Positions 14,507-27,377 are shown, counted from the stretch's first letter. The stretch is 64,000 nt of DNA from Calcarisporiella thermophila CBS 279.70 (GCF_041956535.1 NW_027192197.1:1178341-1242340), one strand, 5' to 3'. The notes: generated from the letters alone by a model not told the origin. Made by a program: numbers and translations.

Positions 14507-15487
14507 TCAATTCTCCTTCACCTCCGTCTGCTTGGCAGCCGGAGCGGGCTCGGGGACTGCAGCAGCAAGGATTCTGGCAGTCAAGGCGCGATGTGCCTCG
14601 CTAAGTTGCTCCTCAAGCTTCTTGACCCGCTCTGTGTGGTCTTTGTCACGCTGCTCCAGCGATCCTTTCTCACTCTCAAGCACGGCTACCTTTAGCTGCA
14701 GCTTGGAGTTTTCGCCCTCGAGGTCGGCGACGCGACGTTCCAGCTCCTCCATGCGAAGGAGCTTTTTGAGGCGCGAGCGACGGGCAGCGTCAGTATTCTT
14801 CTGTCGCTTCAGAGCAAGCTCCTCCTGGAAGGCGGGGTCGCTGGGATCGCGGGTTTCCTCGACGCGTGTGCGCTTGCGGCCACGGCGGCTGCCCGTGGTA
14901 GTGGGGACCGCAGCATTAGGGGTCGGGGGCATAGGCATGAGGGGCGCCGGGGTCGAGGTGGTCGTGACACGTGGGGAAATGGATCGAAGAGGAGGCGTGG
15001 GCAACTGGGCGTATTTGCGGGGAGCCGTGCCTTGGGTCGCTGCTTGAGGAGACAGCTGCACGGTGGACCGTGCCGGGGATGTGGCCGGATTAGCCGGGAT
15101 CGTAGACGGCTTGAAAAGGGCAGCGGCCAGATCGGGGAAAGCAGCGATAGCGGCATCGAGCCAAGGGCTTCCGTCGACCGAGGCGGAGGGAGTCACAGGG
15201 GACGTGGCGGCCGATTCATCAAAGAGCTGTTTGGAGGAGGAATCCGGCGAGTCCGGGGCTTCCCTAACCGCGGGGGTGCCGATGTTGGGGGTGGGCGGGA
15301 CAGAGGTGCCGGAGGCCTCAGGAGAGGAGAAGATCTCAAGGTCCTTTTCGGAGATGATGCCGGCCTGGTGGAGGCCAGTCGCGAGCCACTCGTCGAACAG
15401 CGAAGAGTCGGGCGACTCAGCGCTGAAGAGCGGAGGGGGGCTGTCGGTAGGGGAGAGTTCTGCGTGTTTCACGCTAGCAGTGGCCAT
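14507..15487 (-). CDS. GCN4: GCN4/CPC1-type bZIP transcription factor (cross-pathway control)
   Basis: C-terminal basic region and zipper ALKRQKNTDAARRSRLKKLLRMEELERRVADLE. Acidic activation region with SLFDEW and PW...FPDL motifs. Two AUG uORFs in the leader. Confidence 0.85.
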   Translation of the reverse strand: MATASVKHAELSPTDSPPPLFSAESPDSSLFDEWLATGLHQAGIISEKDLEIFSSPEASGTSVPPTPNIGTPAVREAPDSPDSSSKQLFDESAATSPVTPSASVDGSPWLDAAIAAFPDLAAALFKPSTIPANPATSPARSTVQLSPQAATQGTAPRKYAQLPTPPLRSISPRVTTTSTPAPLMPMPPTPNAAVPTTTGSRRGRKRTRVEETRDPSDPAFQEELALKRQKNTDAARRSRLKKLLRMEELERRVADLEGENSKLQLKVAVLESEKGSLEQRDKDHTERVKKLEEQLSEAHRALTARILAAAVPEPAPAAKQTEVKEN

Positions 15488-15614
15488 AGTTGTGTTGGTA
15501 GTAATGGTAATATTCTTCCTTTGAGGAGGCTGCGATAGCTTAAACTTAATAATACTATAGTTCTTGTATGAGGGCAGTTTTCTGCGCTAAGTGAGTGCGA
15601 GACGACTTCTGATT

Positions 15615-15752
15615 TTAGTGCTGTTGGCTGGAGGAGAGAGAGTGAGACGTGCGTCGGGAGGCGTCCGTCGGTTGTTGCTGGGTGTTAGCGTTGGTGTGCT
15701 GGGTGGTTGCTGTGAAGCAAGGTGCTGATTTTTGAGGCGTTGTGTAGGCCAT
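15615..15752 (-). promoter_or_regulatory. uORF2 in the GCN4/CPC1 leader (45 aa, MAYTTPQK...SSQQH*)
   Basis: ATG at 15752 in strong context (caccATGg), TAA at 15617-15615, ending 127 nt before the main ATG. Confidence 0.75.
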
Positions 15753-15835
15753 GGTGGACTACGTTGATTTTCTGGTTGGCAAGATTAAAAAAGGTTGAGT
15801 TGGGAAAGAGCCCTACAGACGGTGTCCGCGGGAAT

Positions 15836-15865
15836 TTAGCAGAGGAAGAGAGAAGAGCAAGACAT
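15836..15865 (-). promoter_or_regulatory. uORF1 in the GCN4/CPC1 leader (MSCSSLFLC*)
   Basis: ATG at 15865 in caccATG context, 9 codons, then TAA. It and uORF2 are the only minus-strand ATGs between 15488 and ~15960. Confidence 0.7.
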
Positions 15866-16835
15866 GGTGAGATAAGATGCTCAAACCACTTATTGATGTG
15901 GCGAGTTAATAAGCTTGGAAACAATAAGAATTAATTAATGTTAATTAAGAGAATTCTAGCGTTTAGTTATCTTCCGGTTATCTTCTATCAGAGCCAGAAG
16001 AGAAGAGACTAAACGACAAGGGGTTTAATTAATTAAAAAGTGGGCGCGAAAGCGAGCGAAGAGATGTGGAGGGGGTGGAGAAAAGAGCGTTTGCCAGCAA
16101 TGACAAGAGAAAAGAAAACCAACCAAGGTGTTTGATGGAGAATAAAAAAAAAAGGAAGAGAAAAGATGCGATGGAAAAAATTTTTTGATTGATAAGACAA
16201 AGCGGGGGAGTCAAAACAAATGGCTAAGCCCCCGGTCCCCGTGATCATTCGACGGAGCTAGCATCCACGAGTAAGCGTACAAAGAGGAGTAAGTATTCGA
16301 CAAGAATGATCCGGTACCCTAGAAAATGATGGTACAAAGCAGTAATATAAGGGAAAAAGTATCGGCTGCGAATTCTAGCACCTGCGAGTGGATCCGGCAA
16401 GGTTTTCATATGGAATCTAGATATATGAGCTTCCCGAAAATGCTCAACTCTCTCTATTCTCTCGGAGCTGACCGTCGCCCCCCTCTCCTCAACTCAATCG
16501 TGAGCCACCTACATGCTTACATGCATTGGGAACTCAATCATCTTGGCGCATCTCAAAGTTATGGGTGTGGAAAGAATATATTATTATTATCATTGTAAGA
16601 CTTCACGAAAATGATAAACATGGTCAGCTCAACCGAAAATATTATAAGAGGAATGAGGTGGTATGTTCAACGAAGAGGCAATAGGGGTGCGGGGAACAAG
16701 GGAGACTTGCACAAAATATACAACAATATCAAAAAAAGTATAAAAGATAAAGGGAAAATTGTTTTTACAGCCCTTTCATTATGATACAATTAATCAACAC
16801 TATTTACTTATGCATCAACAAAACAAAAATAATGT

Positions 16836-17654
16836 TCAAAAGGAGGAGGGGAACTCCCAATCAGCAATGGTCGGGACGGGGGCGATGGTCTTAGTCATGC
16901 TCGGAGCAAGAGCTGGCAGACGAGCTGACCGTGGTGATGTAATCTCCTCGGAGTCTGATGACGCAGCCGAAGAAAAGCACTCCAGTTCCCATTCTCCAAG
17001 CTGTTCATCGTCCGCGTCTTCAATCGCATCCAGCTCTATCTCCTGCTCCAACAAATCGAACTGCGGAGTCTGAGAATATAAGGTGGGCGTGGTCAACATG
17101 TTCTGATCAGAGAGCACCACGTATTCTGTCTCCTTGGCAACACGAGGAGGGGGTGACGCGGACGGCGCCGCGGCCCTCTCCACTCGAGTAAGCAGGGGAG
17201 TCAGGTGACGATACAGCTCCTTCTCGGAAATCTGCAGATCAAAGTCCAACAGCCACAGAAGCTGCCTCTCCATCAGATTCACCTCGGACAGAGAGAAGAT
17301 CCCGCTGCATTTTGCCCAGAAACGATTGCGAGGAGAGATGTCGTTTGTGATTTTCGCAGCAACGATAAGCGCAGCGAGGAAGATGCGGTGTCGTGTGCAG
17401 GCCATGCCGCGGGCGTCGGCGGGCAGTTGATGGCGGAAGCGGTCAAGAAGCGCAACGGTGGTAAGGAAGGTGCTGGTGTTTGCGTTAGATCGGAAGAGAA
17501 CCTGCTCGATGAATGTTTCAAGAGAGGGGATGGAGAAGGAGGGAGGTGCGCTGCACTCGATGACGCCGCGTGTCTTGCACGCAACGAAGGAAATCATGTC
17601 TTGGGTGATGGGGCATTTTAAGAGCCTATGTAGAGAATCTTCAAGGCGCTTCAT
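16836..17654 (-). CDS. Pho85 cyclin, Pcl1/Pcl2 family
   Basis: Cyclin box GMACTRHRIFLAALIVAAKITNDISPRNRFW...SEVNLMERQLLWLLDFDL; acidic PEST-like tail; intronless. Confidence 0.88.
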   Translation of the reverse strand: MKRLEDSLHRLLKCPITQDMISFVACKTRGVIECSAPPSFSIPSLETFIEQVLFRSNANTSTFLTTVALLDRFRHQLPADARGMACTRHRIFLAALIVAAKITNDISPRNRFWAKCSGIFSLSEVNLMERQLLWLLDFDLQISEKELYRHLTPLLTRVERAAAPSASPPPRVAKETEYVVLSDQNMLTTPTLYSQTPQFDLLEQEIELDAIEDADDEQLGEWELECFSSAASSDSEEITSPRSARLPALAPSMTKTIAPVPTIADWEFPSSF

Positions 17655-20378
17655 GGTGGGTGGGATTGGCTGTGCTATCAGGTGTTATCAGGTGGGTGGA
17701 GAATAAGGGGTGTGGTGATGCTGGAGGGGGAACGAGAAAGAGTGGTATAACACGGGATTGAGCGTGGGAGTAAAGACGTGCTATGCGAGGAAGGGGAGGG
17801 GGGGAAGTAGACTCTTTGGAAGGGGGAAATGACAGGGAGTGTAGAAAAGAGCAGGCAAAGTGCAGAGTTGGTATTTTATAACCGATATCGGAGTCGGGTG
17901 GGGATAAGCTAAGCAAAACGCCTCCCCTTTGGGGAACCCGTCAATACATTTTCATAGCCATGGAAACTAGGATGAAAATTTTCAAGCATAATACTTAACA
18001 CGGACCAGAATACATATCGTTTGAGCCGGACTAGAAAGTTAGTACCAGTTTTAGTTTCAGGCGTAGTACTATTTTTTCATTCGGGTTGCGCTCCAATCAG
18101 AGCCGCCCTGCTGAAAAATCCAGGATTGAAAATTTGGAATAGGATCATTCCTCCCTAAAATTAGGAGGGTGATTAGGCAATAACCCTCCCTGCGTGCTAT
18201 AGGGCCGCCCCTACTTCGCCCCCTCTCCTTCCCACCTCCTGTTTCCTTCCCTTCGCCGCGACCCACACTCATTATCGCCTGATGGGGAGAAGGAGGCGAC
18301 CCGATTCCCCCCCCCCCCTCTTCGTAGGCTCGCCGGGCCATGCGGATCGATGGCGGGCTAATGGTATTGGATTGCCAATATAACGAGGGCTAAGGCAAAA
18401 GAGGGGGGATATTGGCAATGTGCCAAGGTGCCAACGTTAGCCATTGTAGAGAAGGGGGGTCGGAGGCTGAAATCCGGATAATATGCGAATTTGCCGCTGA
18501 ATCAATCTGGATTCCGCCAGCACGCAGAAGGCGTTGGGATACTTTGCCACAAAGAATGAATTCAGAACATCCTGTCAAGGCGTAATATCTAGAAACGGAT
18601 TGTTAATTGTTTTTCTTCTGGCTCATGCTCCCTCCCCGCCTACTCACTAGGCTTCCGAATTTTCAGGAAAAACAATTTTGGATTTCCCATTGTACAAACG
18701 GCCATTTTCATGAAAAGGGAAAAATTTCAGTCGCTTTCTACCTCAAGATAAAACTTCATTTAGGCTTGGGGCGTAAGGATTGCGGCCATTGGGGAAAAGT
18801 CGGATAGGCCAGCTGGGAAATTTTTATTTGTCTAACACCATTAGCATAGTGGCGGTCCAAGAGCCTCAAGTGTCTAGACCGCCCTCGGCCTGAAGTATCG
18901 AGAGTGCAGCCGATATTTTCCCGATATAGTTCGGTGCTCTTCCGATAACTCCTAATTAAGGATCTCTCGGACATAGTGAGCTAATGGCCGAACTTCGCGG
19001 GTTATCTGCGATTTGCTAGCCTCCCTCCTAATTACATAGAAACAGTCAAGGTGAACCATGTTCTAATAAATACAGATCTCCCGACATACTCGTCTTTCGC
19101 ACTTGCCAAATTCATTCGCGAGCAGAATTCAAGATCGAAAAGTGCCCCTGGTCCAAGGTCTGCGGGTCTCGTTGCTGTAAGCCCCTCGTATAGGAATGGA
19201 TGCCATAATTAGAGGCAGCTTTTGCTTATTCATGATCGGCTTGCCGTGACTTCAACTTTTCCGTCTTCCGAAATTTCGATCTGTCTAGAAATAATTCCCG
19301 ATCATCTGTTTTATTGTGGGTATAATTAATTATGTAGGCATCGGCCAACTTGCGAGGGGCTAAAGGGGACTAAAATAATAGAGCGCTGGTTTTGCATGCG
19401 GACTCACGCTTGATTCTATACTGACTTCTCTTAAATGCCTAGAAGGTTCCCCCATGGAACTGTGGAATCTATCTAAACTTACAAAATCCTACTATTAGTT
19501 ACTTGCTGCACTCTCTCGTCTCCAACAATGAGCATACGTTTTATGCATGTTCAAACCATTAGCTGTTGACCGGATCATACGATTGAAGGTGAATCCATTG
19601 TGCTATGTAGTTTGTGTGCTTAAACACGCTTGCCGCGTTTTTTTTTGGCTCTCACAATGACTCAACCAATGCTATCGAACCGATAAATAAAAATTAAAAA
19701 CCGAAATTTTATGGTCTAGGTCGCTGTTAGCGGCACTGCTAATAGACCACACTTTGGTATGATTACATTTTATCAGAAAGGAATTGACGTGATGCCCTTC
19801 GTTTCATCTTGGTATTGTGTATTCTAGTGGGAATGAAATCTAATGTCGAGTTTGCCAATTTTGTTAAACTATCTGATTATCAAAGACCTTGGATCGGAAC
19901 TCATGATTACACTAATAAAAGGGTCCAGTTTACTCTGAAAAGCCAAAAGAAAATATTCTAACTACTATGATATTACAAAAATTTATATAAAATAAATCAA
20001 TAGAGCGATTTTTCTGAATGCTGCACATGGTGTTTATTCGTATCAGGGTTTTTGTCCATCTGCACACCTTTTCTCCTCTCTTTGCTATTATTGCTTCCAT
20101 CGGGTGGCTGAGCGACTGAGCTGGAAATTGGACGAAAAACAACTTGAAAGACAGTGCATACTCTAACGTCCTCAAGCTACCTCATTGTTCGCTTCAAAAT
20201 TCCGATCGATTAGTCAGATACCTCCATCTCATCATTCATTTCGCTTCTCCTCAATTGTGTTCACCTGAAGATTTATGTGTTTTGGTTTTGGGGACTACCA
20301 TCTCGTCAATTATTATCCATTTGTAGTACAACTTGATAGCTAAATAGTGCGAGGAATTAAGCCATTTCTTTTGCCATC

Positions 20379-23300
20379 ATGGCCACAGTAAGTTTCGAAT
20401 GCCACTTGACTCCTATCATCTATCATCCAAAGAGCTAAACGATCCTTTTTCTAACCCGTTCTAGAGAAATCCGCTGCCCACCTTTCGTGGCCGAGCCTCG
20501 AATCTTGTGATTCCGCGCCGCTTTCACCTTCCTCTCCTCTTTTTGCGCGTATTGTCTCTAGCGCCAGCAGCATATGGTGCGCTGCGTAATCTTTCCTTGG
20601 CTAGAAGTTTGGCATGGCGTAATAATAGCAGCTTGCTCGCCGTTAAAAGCACGGAGATGGATTTTTACTTGGGGGCCGCATGGGTAGATGTCTACATCTT
20701 TATATCCAACCATCTCTGGTTGCTAATTCAACTCGACCATTTCTAACTCCACTCCTTTTTTATGCCACTGCTTACTCTGTATAGTGTTGCTTGGCCGGGC
20801 TTTGGAGTTGGTGGCTCACCAATGGTATGCTGCGCCGTTGGTTCTATCACTATGAGCTAGGCAATGTCATGGTTCGGTTGCTCACGCTCGTGGCTGTCTA
20901 CTGGGCCCTTACTGTTTTTGTGACCTCACACTATGGCCCGGATCAGCCGGTGTGGGCCTGGATGGTGATCTGTTTACTTCTCGCCACCGCTAATGTTTTC
21001 AAAACCCTCTTCATATCCAACCCAAAATACCATCACAAGTCGGACGGGCTTGAAGACCGCAAGCCCTTCCTCATCTCTGCCATTTTACGCACCATCGTGA
21101 TACCATCCAGTATAGTTATGTTCGTGACTCTGCTCGGTATGCTTCACCAGCAGGCGGGAGAGAGATATGCGCCCCGCACTGCCATCGCACCCGTCGCTCG
21201 GGTCAATGCGACCCTAGCTCTGTCCGATTTAAGGTCGGATGCCCACACCAAGATCCTCGTTCTGGTGATTTCCTCGTGGACCCAGCGCAGTTTTGAGAAA
21301 CGCCAGGCGTTCAGAGACACCACTCTCCGCCTTCGCCCCCAGAATTCCGATCGAGTTTCCATGGCATACCGCTTTGTCGTTGGGGAGCCGCCTTCCGCCA
21401 GTGCTCACCTCAAAATGGGCCCCAAAATATCTGCCGAATCGGAGCGCTATGGCGACATTTTAATGGTGGCTTCGCCCGACACTTATACCGGACTTAGCCG
21501 CAAATTCCACAAAGGTCTCGAGTGGGCTGGCAATTATAACTTTGACTACTTGATCAAGACGGATGACGATATTTTTGCCCGTTTGGATGTCATCTCGAAA
21601 GAGTTGTCGTCACAGCCACACCAGTCATTTTATTGGCGTGGGCTAGGATATTGGTAAGGATATATTCGACACTCCGTTTATTTCAATGAATCCAATCTTT
21701 TCAGCGGGCTGATGGTTTAATTTATTTCCATTCCTCTTTATTCTCCCTTCTTCCTCCCCCCTCCTCGCTTTTTTAGGAATATCCCGCCTATTCACAATAA
21801 GAATGATAAAAACTGTGAGTTCGACTACACGTTGCCCATGTTTCCACCGTTCACCGCCGGTGCGCTCTATATTCTCTCGCGTGACATCATTGATCTGCTT
21901 GTGAGCGGAGGCCCGCGCCTCTACACAAAAAACGAGGACCAAAACCTTGGCATATGGCTCTATCCCCATAACATTCGTCCGATTCATGACCGCCGTATTC
22001 AACAGGCAGATGTGTGCGAGGATGATATGATTGCAAAGCACTTCTCGGATTCCTACGAACCGCGCGAGAGCATGTATGCGATGTATGAAAATATCGTGTC
22101 GGGCCGCAGGATGTGCGAAGGCTTCCGGCAGAAGTACTGCGCGGTGTGTTACCCGTGCAGGGGCCGGGTGAATCATTGGCGAGATTGGAAATACGATTGC
22201 GATGAGGTTAAGGGGATCACCCTGCTTCGGCAGGAGGCCTCGGCGGGCGCCGATGAGGTGGCGGCCGTTAAAGACGCCCCCGAGCAGTTGGTCATTGGGC
22301 AGAATGACGCGTGGATCGTTCCTGATCTGCTGAGCCAGCAGACGTCTGTGTTGTCGGAGACCGAGGACTGGCACCTGTTACACTGGGTGTGTTGGACCAC
22401 GCCGCCATCCACCTTTATGGACCGGCACTACAAGACCCTCGAGCTCGTGTGGGCCCATCAACCTCGCGCGATCATCTTCATGCTGACCACGACGCTCCCG
22501 CCCGACTTTTTCGACGCCTATCGCCGTCGCGGCTTCCGCATCCACATCATCCCATTCGGACGCGACCTGCTTCTGGAGCGAAATTGGTATCTGGGGCCGA
22601 ATTCGAAGGCATGGGTGCGAAATTGGGACCGATGGGCGAACTCGCGCTACTTTTTCTCGCATCTGACCGACTACATGCGGTATCTGTTGCTGTACCGCTA
22701 TGGTGGCATGTACATGGACATGGACGCGCTGTGGATTCGCGCGCCGCCCAGTGACGTGGAGTTTATCGGCGCGGATCGCACGAACAACCCGAAGGACCGC
22801 GACTGGACCCTGGATGGGGAGAACATGTACGTGGCGCCCGGGGTCATGCGCTTCCGTAAGGGATGGAGCATTTTCCGAGAGGTGGCCGAGAGCGCCTTTT
22901 CGCCGCACTACTCGCCCGAGTGTTTCAATTGCGTGGGGCCGCGTGCCATCACGAGTGCCATTCGGCAGCGGCGGCAGCAGCTGGAGAACAACGGGTTCAC
23001 GATTCTCCCCACCCCAGTCCTCTATCCGCTCAACTACATGGACATTCACCGGCTCCTGAAGCCGTCGCGGTCGCCCAAGGCCGAGCTGCAGGGCCTCGAG
23101 GAGTCCTCGTGGTCCATCCACCTGTTTGGCAAGATGACCAACGGCCTGCCGGTGGAGAGCGGGTCGGTGGTGGAGTATGTGTTCGAGCGATTTGGGCTCG
23201 GGATTCCCGTCACGGCCGGGGCACGACCCGAGCCCTTCAAGGTGGTGGGCCCCACGAAGTACACCCGGATCGTGCGAACTCCTCCGCGAGGGCCGTTTGG

Positions 23301-23823
23301 CGGTTTGATCCTCGTGGATCCGGCTCGAGCCTCGGAGGCGATCACCGGGAAGCAGCTGGACGCATTCCAGGGGCTCGACATCATCTACTGTCGCGGGGGA
23401 GCACCCTCCGTGGCCGAGGCGGTGGTTGCAGTGAGGGCCTTGAAGGGCTGGGTGCATTTCGAGGAGGGTGTGGGGCGGGCTGCGTCGAAGGGCTTGACTC
23501 AGGCCACTCCTAATTCTAACGTGGCCGGCCACCGGCCTGACTTCCGGTCCATCCAGGTGCGCATCCCCCGTGCAACGCAGGCGGACGTGAACGCCCTCCT
23601 CTCGACGCTGCGGTATCGGCCGCCTCAAGAGGTGCTTCCTGGATACGCCGGGGAAAAAGACCTGGGTGAGTATGAGGAGGATGCTGATTTGGTGGGAGTG
23701 GAGGATGGGGAGGGCGCTGGGCGCGTGCTAGGCACAGACGAACTCTCCATCACGGTCGAGTATGGGGACGCGGTCGGCAAGCTAGCCTTTGAGGTGGATA
23801 TTGTCGCGGAGGCGGAGCGGTAG
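20379..23823 (+). CDS. Membrane glycosyltransferase fusion: EOS1-like TM domain + GT31 (galactosyltransferase-type) + GT32 (DXD) domains; exons 20379-20387, 20465-20683, 20785-21653, 21777-23823
   Basis: GT-AG introns keep the frame. EOS1-like AWCCLAGLWSWWLTNGMLRRW...VMVRLLTL; GT31 motifs RQAFRDT, ESERYGDIL, KTDDD, PPFTAGALYILS, EDQNLGIW; GT32 motif HLTDYMRYLLLYRYGGMYMDMD and GPRAIT. Confidence 0.8.
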
Positions 23824-24144
23824 CACCTGCGGTAGCTTTTGTGTTTCAATCTCTAAAGATTTTTATTATTCCCTACCCCCATCACCCCCCCTCCCCCTTC
23901 GACTACTTTCTAATCTCTCTACTTTTTACCTGGAGAACACCCTGTTTTTATTAGACTCTTTGCTTCTTTTTCTTTTTTTCATCTTCTGATTCCTCCTTTT
24001 TCGTTTGTGGAATATGGTTTAATGCTCTTTTTTTTGTATGTCATACTCATGTTGTCAATTTTTTGTCTCTTAAAAAATTACAATGATCGTAATACTTTTC
24101 TCCCAACAAGACTAAGAGATCATGTTGAACGAGTCAAGCAGATA

Positions 24145-24190
24145 GACACACAAACAAATAAACAAACAAACGAACAATCAAACAAACAAA
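24145..24190. repeat. Imperfect (ACAA)n microsatellite
   Basis: acacaaacaaataaacaaacaaacgaacaatcaaacaaacaaa. Confidence 0.7.
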
Positions 24191-24900
24191 TTGACGGATG
24201 AGCACGCTAACCCGGTCTTGCCTATTAGGTTGGAGCTGATCATGGATTAGAGTGCCCCTCTGGTTGGCTGCTTATTTGTGGAGCCGATCGCGGGTAGAAG
24301 TGCCAGAAGAGCCGTCCCACTGGTTCGCTTCTTTCCCCGCATCAAACTCTAATCCGGCTGCTTCTCGTGACCCGACGCCAAGCGTAAGCTTGGGTGATGG
24401 AATCTTCCCAGCGTTATTTAGAATTTGGCCTAAACCCTTTATACGCAGATGAGGGAAAGGGAAAGGAAGGTGAAGGTTCTATTAATAGCCTGTAAGACTC
24501 GAAAGATTACAAAGCCTATTTCCTAGGGTCACATGGTGCAACCTCTGAGGAGCCAACTTGAAACCCTTCCCATTTGAGCATTTGGTTCCCATGAATTTGT
24601 TGGGAAGGCACTGCTTATTGCCTCGAGGGATGGGCTCGGGGGCTCCGCACGCATCAGCAGAAACTGCAGTCGACCATGTTTGGAAAAAGCGAATTCTTAA
24701 TAGACAAATCCAGCACAAAAAGGAAAAGAAAATAAAACATATAGAGACAAAACTTGGGCGCGGTAGTAAAGAAGATAATGGCATATGTCGAATTACAATG
24801 GTATAGAAATATCAAAACAACAGGAGGGGTGGGGAGAGACGGTTTTCACACAAAAACAATATACAAGGGGGGGGGGGGGGGAACACCCGATCCCCTTTGG

Positions 24901-26791
24901 TTAGAATTCTTCCGAGTCCATGATCTTGCGGTATTTGTACTGGTCCTCGAGCATTGCCTTGAAAACCCTGTATTTGCCCTCGTTCAGCCGGATCTTCTCC
25001 TTGTCCTCGGTGGGGAGGATGACGCCCCCCGCCGTGCCCATGCGCTTCATCACATTCCAAATCTCCATGGCCCCATCGTCTTGGCCGAGGCTCTGCTTCT
25101 CGGAGCGGGTCATGTGGGTCTCGGCCGAGCCGGGCGGGGTCGATTGCGAGCGGGTGGAGGACTCGGCGGCGCGCGCCCCAAGGATGGCAGCCCCAAGGAC
25201 CACGGCCCCCTCCACGTACTTGGGCAGCACGGTGCGGCATCGCGTGATGTTGGCATGCAAGGCCACAAACACGGGGTTCTTGCACAGGCCGCCCGACAGG
25301 AACAAGGTGTCGATGGTGTGGCCCGCCGAGTTTAGCGCCTCGATGATGTGCCGTGTCTGGCAGGCCACCGCCTGCAGCGTCGCGTAGTACTGCAGGGCAA
25401 GGTTGTCGAGCGAGTTGTCGAGGGAGAGACCCACAATGGCCCCGCGCAGGTTGGGGTCTGCCACCGGGGAGCGGTTGCCGTGGAAGTCTGGGTACACGTG
25501 GTAGTGCCGCGTGAGCTCCTCCATGTGCTTGAGCTTGCGGACCTTGATGAGCTCGTGCAGATAGTCGTTGAGGAACTGGTAGATCGAGACGCCTCTGTCG
25601 GCCGCTTTCTCCTTGGCAACATGGGTGCTTGGGTGGTTGAACACGATGTAGTCGATGAGCTGCCCAACGGAGGACTGCCCAGGCTCCGCCATCCACATCC
25701 CAGGGATCATGACGGAGAGGTAGGGGCCCCACACTCCGTCGACAAAAATAGGCTCGCGCGAGAGGGCGATGTGGCAGCTAGAGGTTCCGCAGATGATGGC
25801 CAGGCGATTCTGCGGCGGGGTCTCAAGGAGCTCGCCGTTGGGCGAGGGGCTGGGGTCCTGCTGCGGAACGTCGGCCCCCATCGTTGCAATCGCCCCGGCG
25901 TAGGCGTCGATAACGGCAGAGCCGACGGGCAGCCCCGGCAGGAGGCCCATTTGCTCGGCGGCCTCCTTGGAGAGTCCGCCAATGGCTTCTCCAGCGTAGT
26001 GGATTTTCCCATGGCGCCCGCCCAGCTTCTGAAAGCCTTCGCCGGCCAACTCACCAAGCCCAATCTGTTCGAAGAAGTCGTCGTTCCAGCCGGTGGACCA
26101 CTCAACCTCACGGGGCACATAAGAGCACTTGCACACGAGTGAGCACTGCGAGCGTGCGAGCGAGCCAGTCGCTCGGAAGGTCAGAAAGTCCGGAAGATCG
26201 AAGAAATGGGAGATGTTCTCCCATTTCTCGGCAGGCATGTTCTCCTTGAGCCAGAGGATCTTTGGCACCTCCATCTCAAGACTTATTTTGCCGCCGACGT
26301 ATTGCAGTACGGGGTGGCCTGTTGCGGTGATTCGCCGGGCCTGATCCTCTGCCCGGTGATCGGCCCACAAGATGATGTTGCGATTGTGGTCGTTGAACTC
26401 CGATTCAGGATCGACCGACACTCCATTCCCTTCCGCATCCACAACCGCTAGTGAGCATGTTGCATCGAAGCCTATGCCCTTAATTTGCTCGCTCGTTACC
26501 CCGGGGGTCTGAGCTATCGCCTCGCGCACAGTAGTGCACAACTTATCCCATATCTCGGCGGTGGATTGCTCGTAATAGTCGGCTCGTGGGTGAAAGGTGG
26601 TGGTGGGGCTGGATGCAAGGCCAACGATGTTGCCTGCAGAGTCCACGACGGCAGCACGCACAGAGCTGGATGAAGGGTTCAAGAGGAGGGGTTAGCGCCC
26701 TAATTCAGCGGGGGAAAGGGAGGGAGTAGGAAGCTTACCCTGTGCCGACATCGACTCCTATGTAGTAAGCTTCTTGTCTTTCTATGGTCAT
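24901..26791 (-). CDS. FGGY-family pentulose kinase (D-ribulokinase/YDR109C-like), 2 exons
   Basis: Exon 1 MTIERQEAYYIGVDVGT joins GSVRAAVVD; motifs GIGFDATCSL, WADHRA, DLPDFLTF, ICGTSSCH, GVWGPY, PDFHGNRSP. Confidence 0.92.
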
Positions 26792-27377
26792 CTTTGTTGA
26801 TGGCCGGCGTGTGGTTCTACGCTAAATAAGTTCTAGGGCGAGGGGGGAAAGGAGAGCAGGAGGGAAAACACAAACAAAAGAAGGCAAGAAGGAAGGGGAA
26901 AGTGGAAAACGGTCCCGCTTATATTTGCAAAATTTTCGACCCTTCGGCGTGAGAACTCCAATAGGAATGTTAACATCCAGCTGCAGTACGGATTGTTTCT
27001 CCCGCCTCTCCGGGATTATGCTGGGGAAAGCGACTTGTCCCAATTAATCCTAGCTGCCACGAGGATTTGCCCATCAACTTTCAAAGAGCGCAATGTCACA
27101 AGGTTCAACAACGGAGGGTATTTTTAGCACCAACAAAACGGGGTTGTTCGCGACCTCGGCCCTCCCTCGTGCCCACGATTGACACTAGAATGTGTACCCT
27201 GAGGCGCAGCTGCACATCGAATGCCCACCATGTGGCTTGCTAAGTGACTTCATGGATGCGTCACTGAGTCTGTTTGCGTCACAGAAAATGGGATTGCATC
27301 TTCACTCCGTTGCGACTCTGCGCCAATTTCCCTATTTTACCCTAATTCCACTTATATTACGCGACCTATTTCAGACT

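Noticed and set aside
15488-15800. Long non-AUG N-terminal extension of GCN4/CPC1 bypassing uORF2
   Set aside because: An in-frame TAG at 15589-15587 closes the main frame downstream of uORF2.
14507-17654. GCN4 next to a Pho85 cyclin as a Pcl5-Gcn4 feedback gene pair
   Set aside because: The cyclin box (CTRHRIFLAALI...NDISPRNRFW) is of the Pcl1/Pcl2 type rather than Pcl5. The single TGACTCA at 19658-19664 is 2 kb away and expected by chance.
21643-26344. Long antisense and alternate-frame ORFs (for example 22378..23628, 24812..25732, 25348..26142; also 14532..15538)
   Set aside because: These are shadows of GC3-rich real genes and show no recognisable motifs.
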